Below are positions 56,169-62,855 of a stretch of DNA of 64,000 nt, piece by piece. Under the pieces are notes generated by a model. The model saw only the letters and a program-made list of their open reading frames with translations. It was not told the DNA's origin and made no database searches. Every line of letters begins with the position of its first letter. The first letter of the stretch is position 1. A program made the position numbers and the translations under genes. This stretch comes from a virus (lineage: Duplodnaviria > Heunggongvirae > Uroviricota > Caudoviricetes). The stretch lies in the IMG/VR virus record IMGVR_UViG_3300021962_009794. One strand, 5' to 3'.

Positions 56169-57494
56169 TTAGAACCAATTTTTAGGATTCCATTTAGATT
56201 TACTAGCTTCATTAGCAGCTCTATTAAGTTCGTCCTGTGCAGCTCTTGCCTGTCTGTCTAGTTCTTCTTGTGCAGCTCTTGCTTGTCTGTCTAGTTCTCT
56301 TTGTGCTGCTTCCGCAGCTTCTTGAGTTTCTCTAGCTTTTCTGTCAAATTCTCTCTGAGCAGCTTCTGCAGCTTCCTTAGCTTGTCTATCCAATTCTCTC
56401 TGAGCAGCTTCCGCAGCTTCTTGAGTTTCTCTAGCTTTTCTGTCAAATTCTCTCTGAGCAGCTTCTGCAGCTTCTTTAGCCTCTTGGGCTTGTTTATCTA
56501 ATTCTCTCTGAGCAGCTTCTGCTTGTTCTTTTGCAATTCTCTCAGCTTCACCATTTGCAATTGCATTACCTAAATCGATAGCTGGGTTTAAATCAAGATT
56601 AACATCAATATCAGCATCAAGACCAACTAATAAAGCTGCCTCTCCGCTAATTCCGATACTAACTTCTCCATCATTATATGTTGCATGGCCTTCACCTTCT
56701 GCACCAACTTGTAATCCTACACTAGCTCCTACTTCTCCACTTGCTTCTGCACCTCCGATAGGAGTATCTACACCAACGCTTCCCCCCGCTTCGACACCTA
56801 CGCTAGCTCCTGCCATTGCACCACCTGAAGCTGATACACCATGTTCTCCTACTGAAGCATCAGCATGAACACCAGCGTGAGCTTCTGCATAAGCACCTGC
56901 GTGTCCTTCTGCATTTGCTTCCACTGCTACTTCTCCTATTGGGGTATCGATACCAGCTTTGCCGTTTGCTTCTCCGCTTGCTTCTACTTCCACTCTAGCT
57001 TCAACGCTTGCTCCGACTCCGATTTTAGCATCCGAACCATCCCATCCTGCTTCAGCGTGAGCTTCTGCACTTGCATCTGCACTTGCATGAGCTTCTGCAT
57101 GAGCATCTACTTCTGCACCTATACTTACCCCGCCACCTAAATCTTGGTTAGCGTGTGCTTCCGCGTTTGCTTCGGCGTTAACTTCAGCATGTACATTAGC
57201 TTCTGCCGATGCGGAAGCCATTGTTCCGTCGATACCTGCTTCTGCATGTGCGCTTGCACTTGCACTTGCATCGTAAGATGCGTTTGCACTTGCACCTACT
57301 TCTTCATTTCCAGTTTGAGCAGAAACGCTATCATTAACTTCTACTGAAGCACTAGCACCTGCGCTAACCTCTTCTGTATTATTAACTGGTTTAGCAGCCT
57401 CCCATGATGCCCATGGGTTAACTGGTTTAGGAGTATTATCCATCTCATGATGAGCATTCCATGGATTGTGATGATTTTTGTTTTCTTTTGACAT
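56169..57494 (-). CDS. Ala/Gly/Glu-rich alternating-pattern protein with C-terminal coiled-coil repeats
   Basis: 441 aa; long (A-x)n strands separated by turns DTPIG/WDGSD/YNDGE; QRE(L/F)DR repeats. Confidence 0.8.
   Translation of the reverse strand: MSKENKNHHNPWNAHHEMDNTPKPVNPWASWEAAKPVNNTEEVSAGASASVEVNDSVSAQTGNEEVGASANASYDASASASAHAEAGIDGTMASASAEANVHAEVNAEANAEAHANQDLGGGVSIGAEVDAHAEAHASADASAEAHAEAGWDGSDAKIGVGASVEARVEVEASGEANGKAGIDTPIGEVAVEANAEGHAGAYAEAHAGVHADASVGEHGVSASGGAMAGASVGVEAGGSVGVDTPIGGAEASGEVGASVGLQVGAEGEGHATYNDGEVSIGISGEAALLVGLDADIDVNLDLNPAIDLGNAIANGEAERIAKEQAEAAQRELDKQAQEAKEAAEAAQREFDRKARETQEAAEAAQRELDRQAKEAAEAAQREFDRKARETQEAAEAAQRELDRQARAAQEELDRQARAAQDELNRAANEASKSKWNPKNWF
56225..56525 (-). 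repeat. coding tandem repeats (11/15/18-aa units)
   Basis: About 68 nt identical at 56308-56375 and 56407-56474 (99-nt period), plus a 33-nt repeat near 56240-56300. Confidence 0.85.
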
Positions 57495-57510
57495 GATTTA
57501 TTTATTTATT

Positions 57511-57810
57511 TTATTTTGTTTTTAATTCTTCGATTGCATCCTCACAATACTTATCTCTCTGATCCTGTAGGTAGTTTATTCTGCCCAGCATGATTGCTTT
57601 ATCTTCCTTCACTGTCTGCTCTATGTAAGCTTTTTGTTCCTCGTATAGTTTTTGCCAATATGCTACTCGCTCTTCCATCATTTTACCTTGGTACCAAATT
57701 ATACCAACCATAGCTATAATGGTGAATGATTGTTCTTTGAGTTTTGAAAGAAATGTATCAGCAAATCCATTCATTGGACTTTGTTGATTTTGCGGTTCTT
57801 TTTTTTCCAT
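57511..57810 (-). CDS. single-pass membrane coiled-coil protein (holin/spanin-like)
   Basis: Transmembrane SFTIIAMVGIIWY followed by heptads; lies in the endolysin-proximal operon. Confidence 0.55.
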   Translation of the reverse strand: MEKKEPQNQQSPMNGFADTFLSKLKEQSFTIIAMVGIIWYQGKMMEERVAYWQKLYEEQKAYIEQTVKEDKAIMLGRINYLQDQRDKYCEDAIEELKTK

Positions 57811-57837
57811 GTTGTTAATTTATTTTTTTATACGAAT

Positions 57838-58689
57838 CTAGAATCCGTTAGTTGTATTATTGTAGAAAACCAAACCCGTTACATTTGTTGTTTTTGTTAT
57901 AGTTGATGTTGAGAAACTAAATGTCATTACATCTCCACCGCTTAATTCCCCAAATTGTATTCTGATTGGATAATAGGTACCAGCAGTTAATCCAATAGAC
58001 CCAGATTTTTCTAAGGTTCCATGAAGACCTCCATTGTTAACTGTAGAGTTTCCTGTGGTAAAACCTGTCTGTGCATTTGAACCTATCCACACATAGGACG
58101 CATCATCAGATGATGTGAAAAAAGTATATGTTTCGGAAGTTGTTGGCTTAAAATACCCTAACCATTGACAACTGAAATTCTCACCGTCATCTTGAGCTGG
58201 TTCAAATATAGAAGTGGTTTGTACTGAAGTTGCAGGATTACCCCCGACTGACGCAGGGGTTGCAGTTGCAAAGAAACTAACGTTATCTGCAAAATAGCCA
58301 GTATAAGTCGTCTTATATAAACCAGCAATAAGTGGATCTGTATATGATGCCCAATACCCATTCGCGCTCAGCCAAGATAAAGCAGTTCCAGCATTAACAA
58401 ATCCCTGATTAAATAGACCATTACACAACGAAAGAAAGCTTGCTTCCGTTTTTAATGCACTTCTCCAGAATCCTATTGTTGGCGCAGGTACGACATACGA
58501 GTTTTGCCCAGCTGTTCTAGCTCCAGATGTGTGACATATAACATAACCAGGATCCTCATCCGGACCTTTCCACCACGTGAGTCCTGCACCATAATCAGCA
58601 GCGGTTGCACCTGCTGCTATATAGCCAACCTGTGTTGTTCCGGTTACTCCTGTTCCTGAGTTGTATGCGAATGTTCTAACTGTTGCCAA
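57838..58689 (-). CDS. PA14-domain carbohydrate-binding protein
   Basis: NFSCQWLGYFKP..SETYTFFTSSDDASYVWIG...NNGGLHG...YYPIRIQFGE; TTG start; GATATATA at 58709-58716 on the minus strand. Confidence 0.85.
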   Translation of the reverse strand: MATVRTFAYNSGTGVTGTTQVGYIAAGATAADYGAGLTWWKGPDEDPGYVICHTSGARTAGQNSYVVPAPTIGFWRSALKTEASFLSLCNGLFNQGFVNAGTALSWLSANGYWASYTDPLIAGLYKTTYTGYFADNVSFFATATPASVGGNPATSVQTTSIFEPAQDDGENFSCQWLGYFKPTTSETYTFFTSSDDASYVWIGSNAQTGFTTGNSTVNNGGLHGTLEKSGSIGLTAGTYYPIRIQFGELSGGDVMTFSFSTSTITKTTNVTGLVFYNNTTNGF

Positions 58690-58722
58690 TTTAGTGGGTT
58701 TTTAGAACTATATATCGCTCAT

Positions 58723-58750
58723 AAAAAAGGCCTAGTAACCTAGGCCTTTT
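58723..58750. terminator. intrinsic terminator after endolysin
   Basis: AAAAAAGGCCTAG-TAAC-CTAGGCCTTTT. Confidence 0.8.
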
Positions 58751-58769
58751 GATTCAATTAGGAAACTTA

Positions 58770-59588
58770 TTATGCTAAAAGTGAATAGAATTCTTTGAAG
58801 TGCTTAATTCTGTCTTCTAATCCGATAGTTCCCCCGTTTACTCTTTTCGTAACTGCGGTAACTGTAGCAACGTCTGCTCCTCTATCACAAATAGCCCAAA
58901 GGTTATTATTATTGAAGAAGAAAGCTGCCGACATTAAAGGGTATTTAGTAGCAACTAAATCAGGGTTTGCTAAGATGTCATCATCAACAAATTTATCGAA
59001 AGAAGAGTAGTTTGATTTACCCGTTAATTGGATATATCCTCTACCTCTGAATTTGAATCCTTCTCCCGATGCTTCGTCTCCGTTGCCCATTCTAGAAGAA
59101 TAAACTCTGTTAGCAATCTTCTGTGGATTTCTTGCATAAGATTCGTTTAGTGCTCCTGGGAAATATTTAGGGAAGATCTTTTTAAGACCATCTGCAGAGT
59201 AATTCAAGTTTTCAGATACTGCTTTGAAGTTTCCTGACTCGTGTCCACACTGAGCTAAAAAGTGTGCTAATCTTAATGTGTTAGTGATGTTGAATTTAGC
59301 TGCTGTATCTGGGATTTGTGCAATAACTGAATCCGGGATGTGTCCTCTTAAAGCATCTAGTTTAAAAGCTGAAGGTGGAATAGCTACTGGTGCTGCTACT
59401 GGAGCAGAGCCAAACATCTTAGCCCAAGTACCATCTCCTACAACTCCATCTGCTGTTAGACCGTTGGCTGCTTGCCATGCTTTTACTTTTGCTTCTGTAC
59501 CTGGTCCAAAAGCACCATCGGCTGTTAAGCCTAATTTTTCTTGGAGCTTTTTTACATCGTCTCCTTTAGATCCATTCTTTAGTAACAT
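58770..59588 (-). CDS. modular endolysin: PG-binding-1 domain + GH19
   Basis: LKNGSKGDDVKKLQ...ADGAFGPGT..ADGVVG; AHFLAQCGHES, FRGRGYIQLTGKSNY, TKRVNGG. ATG start at 59588; GATATATA at 59609-59616. Confidence 0.95.
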   Translation of the reverse strand: MLLKNGSKGDDVKKLQEKLGLTADGAFGPGTEAKVKAWQAANGLTADGVVGDGTWAKMFGSAPVAAPVAIPPSAFKLDALRGHIPDSVIAQIPDTAAKFNITNTLRLAHFLAQCGHESGNFKAVSENLNYSADGLKKIFPKYFPGALNESYARNPQKIANRVYSSRMGNGDEASGEGFKFRGRGYIQLTGKSNYSSFDKFVDDDILANPDLVATKYPLMSAAFFFNNNNLWAICDRGADVATVTAVTKRVNGGTIGLEDRIKHFKEFYSLLA

Positions 59589-59699
59589 AGTTTTTTTGGT
59601 TTTTGTTTTATATATCCTAGTTTTCATTTTTTTTGACCGGGAGCTCACTTTACTTTTGGAACAAATTAGGGCGGGATCCCATATAAACTAATAAACACC

Positions 59700-60377
59700 A
59701 TGATCTATATTTCAATTGATGTCGAAACAACTGGCCTAGAGAAAGACCGTTACCAGATTCTTTCAATAGGTGCCATTCTCGAGGATACCACTAAGAAGCT
59801 TAGCTTCGAAGAGATTCCTAAGTTTCACGCAGCTATCCTGCACAACGAGATCACTGGTTCGCCCTTTGCGATCAACATGAATAAGAAGATTATTGAAGCA
59901 GTTGCCCATTATCAAAGTGCTCAGGATCAGGACGAGAAAAATGATCTTGTGCAAATGACGGGTATGCAATTCTATCAGGAGGATCAGGTTGTTGAGGCTT
60001 TCTACAGATGGCTTTATGATAATGATGCTGTCGAGAAGATGGGTATCGATCCAGGACAAATGGTTGTTAGAGGAGAAAACGGAAAGATTTACCCGATGCT
60101 TAATAAAAATGTAAAACCAGCTACAATTAACGTGGCAGGTAAAAACTTCGCTTCGTTTGACAAACACTTCTTAGAGAGATTACCTAGATGGCAGCAGGTT
60201 ATCAGAGTGAGACAGCGTATTATAGATCCTTCGGTCATATTTACAAACTGGAATGAAGATAAAGCAATGCCTTCCTTATTTGAATGCAAACAGAGAGCTA
60301 AGATTGAAGGTGTAGTAACACACGATGCTTTAGAAGATGCGTGGGACGTTATACAACTGCTAAGAACACAATATTAA
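59700..60377 (+). CDS. DEDDh 3'-5' exonuclease (DnaQ/oligoribonuclease-like)
   Basis: SIDVETTGL, NFASFD, HDALEDA; TGGAAC-N18-ATATAA upstream. Confidence 0.88.
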   Translation: MIYISIDVETTGLEKDRYQILSIGAILEDTTKKLSFEEIPKFHAAILHNEITGSPFAINMNKKIIEAVAHYQSAQDQDEKNDLVQMTGMQFYQEDQVVEAFYRWLYDNDAVEKMGIDPGQMVVRGENGKIYPMLNKNVKPATINVAGKNFASFDKHFLERLPRWQQVIRVRQRIIDPSVIFTNWNEDKAMPSLFECKQRAKIEGVVTHDALEDAWDVIQLLRTQY

Positions 60378-60384
60378 AAACATC

Positions 60385-60454
60385 AGCCGTGGGGCGTGTG
60401 GGATAACGCACCCGATCACAAGGGAGAGAGTAGGTTCGAGTCCTGTCACGGCTA
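60385..60454 (+). tRNA. degenerate tRNA, most likely Val(CAC)-like
   Basis: Acceptor AGCCGTG/CACGGCT, D-stem GCGT/ACGC, T-loop TTCGAGT; anticodon stem weak and short, G8 instead of U8, 3' end A-CTA rather than A-CCA. Confidence 0.6.
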
Positions 60455-60471
60455 CTAATAAATAACAGAAA

Positions 60472-60663
60472 ATGGAAAAGTTCAAAATAGAAGAGATCAG
60501 AGAAAAAATGGAATCCCGCAGGAAAGAGCTCAATCTGAAGTGGGAAGGATGGGAAGAGAACGAAAGAGAACGTCAAAGCGGGGGTATTTTAATAGTTGCA
60601 GCCATTCTAGCAACTATCATTACAATCTCAGGAATACTGATATACATTTTATCTGGTCTATAA
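60472..60663 (+). CDS. small C-terminally anchored membrane protein
   Basis: Transmembrane GILIVAAILATIITISGILIYIL. Confidence 0.6.
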   Translation: MEKFKIEEIREKMESRRKELNLKWEGWEENERERQSGGILIVAAILATIITISGILIYILSGL

Positions 60664-60676
60664 AAAACAAAACGAC

Positions 60677-60862
60677 ATGGGATTTTTAACAAACATGATT
60701 AGCGCTACAATTAAGACAGCACTTACACCTATAGCAGTAGTGAAAGATGTAGTTAATGTAGCTACGGGAGAAGATGCTGATGCTACAAAAAAATTACTAA
60801 GCAGTGCAGCTGAGGATGTATCTGATGCTGGAGACGATTTAGGAGACGGAGAATTACTTTAA
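60677..60862 (+). CDS. small amphipathic hypothetical protein
   Basis: 61-aa ORF. Confidence 0.65.
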   Translation: MGFLTNMISATIKTALTPIAVVKDVVNVATGEDADATKKLLSSAAEDVSDAGDDLGDGELL

Positions 60863-60879
60863 GATTTTTTTCATATAAA

Positions 60880-60911
60880 TTTTTTTTACCCGGGTTGTGG
60901 TCATATATTTG
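60880..60911 (+). promoter_or_regulatory. host sigma-A-type promoter (T-tract/CCG/N11/TATATTTG)
   Basis: Fixed-spacing motif copy. Confidence 0.7.
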
Positions 60912-60948
60912 AGATGTAATTAAAATACAAACCAAAATAAAAAAAGTT

Positions 60949-61497
60949 ATGAAAAAGTTAATCGCAATCGCAGCAATCGTTATCGCATCAGTAACCACTG
61001 CACAGGTAAAAGCTCAAACCCCAATAGAGAAAATTTGCAATTCTATAGATACTTTCATGAAAGCTCAGCATCCGGAGTATGCTAAGATTGAGAGATATAA
61101 AGTATCAGAAATCAAGCTAAATAAAGTGGTCACTAAATCAGAAGATGGTAAAATAGATACATTATTACATCCTGAGGCTGTCTTCGAAAAGGGAAAAGAA
61201 CCACTTGGTGTTAATGTGGAGGGACCATTCGTTACTTTAGAAGAATACTATAATTATAAATTTTCTTCTTATCTTATGCCTTACGTAGCCCCCGTAGACT
61301 ATCATAATAATTCAGATAAACTGTATCTAAAGTTTGTGGGAGACATCGATAGCGAAAAGAATAAAGATTATGAATATGATTTATACAGCTTCTCAGTAAT
61401 CGAAAAGGACGGAGCTAAATACTTTATTCTAATTCAAGATTATCAGGTTCGTCCGACATTGGAATCAGTTAGGAAAGAGATGTTAGAGCAGAACTAA
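60949..61497 (+). CDS. secreted/periplasmic hypothetical protein
   Basis: Signal peptide MKKLIAIAAIVIASVTTAQVKAQ. Confidence 0.7.
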   Translation: MKKLIAIAAIVIASVTTAQVKAQTPIEKICNSIDTFMKAQHPEYAKIERYKVSEIKLNKVVTKSEDGKIDTLLHPEAVFEKGKEPLGVNVEGPFVTLEEYYNYKFSSYLMPYVAPVDYHNNSDKLYLKFVGDIDSEKNKDYEYDLYSFSVIEKDGAKYFILIQDYQVRPTLESVRKEMLEQN

Positions 61498-61511
61498 TAA
61501 ATTCAACAAAC

Positions 61512-61549
61512 AAAAAAAAGATCAAAGTTTAAACTTTGATCTTTTTTTT
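61512..61549. terminator. bidirectional intrinsic terminator
   Basis: A8-GATCAAAGTT-TA-AACTTTGATC-T8 between convergent genes. Confidence 0.85.
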
Positions 61550-61565
61550 GTATTATGTTTTTCTA

Positions 61566-62816
61566 TTATGATACCATTGAAGAGTTTACTGTAATGTAAG
61601 CTACCTTGATAGTAACTTTCTGTGCTCTCTTCTTAACGGTGTTAATAAATGTAACAGTTTCGTCTTCTTTTCCTGTCTGCTTAACTAAGGATGTACCATC
61701 TACGTTCATAGTGATCTTTCTGAAAGTCTTTCTGGTTTTCTCGTCAGTTTCTGGAGATTTAGGTTGGATATCTCCTTCCTCGTCTGCAGTGATGGTGGTA
61801 CCAGGGAAAGTAGGCTTAAGAAATTCAGCTACTGCTGCAGCTCTCAATTTGCAAAGTTCTTTATTTCTTTCTGGAGTACCTTCTTGAGAAGCTCCTCCTC
61901 TAATCGAAATTGATTTAGCTGTGGTTACGTTAGATAGTGCCTGCATAATTGAGTTTTTTCCCTCTTCCGTTAACTCTGCAGTGTTTACTTTGAAAAGAGG
62001 AAGGTCTTCCTGAACAACGATTGGCTTTAATTTTTCAGTAACAGTTGCTTTAGGACGAACGTAAGTTTCTACCTCCTTACTTTCATAAGCTTGTCCAGTG
62101 TTTTCTATTTTGGATGGATAATACAAAGCATATATTGCGTGTAGGTTTGTCTGAGGATTGGTAGCTGTTGAATCTTTCAGATTTTTGTTTTTCCAGGTTT
62201 CCTTGGTAACCGGATCTGCAAAATTAGGTGTAGATATCTGAGAATTTTTAACAGGGTCAGAAAATTTCCATTTCTTTAAATCCAGTGTTCCCTCTATAGT
62301 AACTGGCAAATACTGTCCAAGAAGACCAGATCCCTTTACAAAATCTCCATCCTCGTCTAGTTCGAATCTTTTCTTTTCCTTATTTACATCTGGTATTTTT
62401 CCAACTGATTGGGGCTTTAAATTCTCCTTATTTGCTTTAGTTAAAAACTGGGCAAGACCTACTCTATCGCCCTTTTGGGTTTTAACCGCTCCCCCTCTTA
62501 AGTTGTCGTATTCGAATTGCTGTACATCTACATCCACAGAGTCTATCTGTGTTACGTCAGGGATACTTAGTTTTCCTAATACTACTCCTATCTGACTTAA
62601 ATCATCGGCAGTAAAATTAATACCCGCTTGAGATGCTAAGCTTTCTATTTCAGATAGTGCTTTTTTACCCGCAGCATCCATCCCGTTACTTCCTAATGTG
62701 GTTTGTAGGTCAGAAAGATCTGTTAATTTTACCGCTTCGTAGATTGCGTCTCCGTAAACAAACTTGACGAAATCGCCAAAGTTTTCAAATACTGGTCTGT
62801 TGTTTTCCATATTCAT
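61566..62816 (-). CDS. protein with C-terminal OmpA-like peptidoglycan-binding domain, no signal peptide
   Basis: LFKVNTAELT...IRGGASQEG..ERNKELCKLRAAAVAEFL...RKITM; GATATATA at 62843-62850 on the minus strand. Confidence 0.75.
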   Translation of the reverse strand: MNMENNRPVFENFGDFVKFVYGDAIYEAVKLTDLSDLQTTLGSNGMDAAGKKALSEIESLASQAGINFTADDLSQIGVVLGKLSIPDVTQIDSVDVDVQQFEYDNLRGGAVKTQKGDRVGLAQFLTKANKENLKPQSVGKIPDVNKEKKRFELDEDGDFVKGSGLLGQYLPVTIEGTLDLKKWKFSDPVKNSQISTPNFADPVTKETWKNKNLKDSTATNPQTNLHAIYALYYPSKIENTGQAYESKEVETYVRPKATVTEKLKPIVVQEDLPLFKVNTAELTEEGKNSIMQALSNVTTAKSISIRGGASQEGTPERNKELCKLRAAAVAEFLKPTFPGTTITADEEGDIQPKSPETDEKTRKTFRKITMNVDGTSLVKQTGKEDETVTFINTVKKRAQKVTIKVAYITVNSSMVS

Positions 62817-62855
62817 TTATTAGTTTTATGATTTGTTTTTGTTATATATCAGTTT

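Noticed and set aside
56225-56525. CRISPR array or non-coding repeat
   Set aside because: Repeat periods are multiples of three, lie in frame inside the 441-aa ORF and have no unique spacers.
9096-59648. Longer starts given by the ORF track (451, 9096, 33035, 52608, 56212, 59648)
   Set aside because: Family-typical N-termini, overlap with upstream genes or promoter position favour the downstream ATGs at 469, 9132, 33098, 52635, 56137 and 59588.
60411-60424. UCA (opal suppressor/Sec) anticodon in the tRNA-like element
   Set aside because: Reading TCA as the anticodon removes the conserved U33 and gives no better stem; CAC fits U33/A37. TGA is used as a normal stop here.
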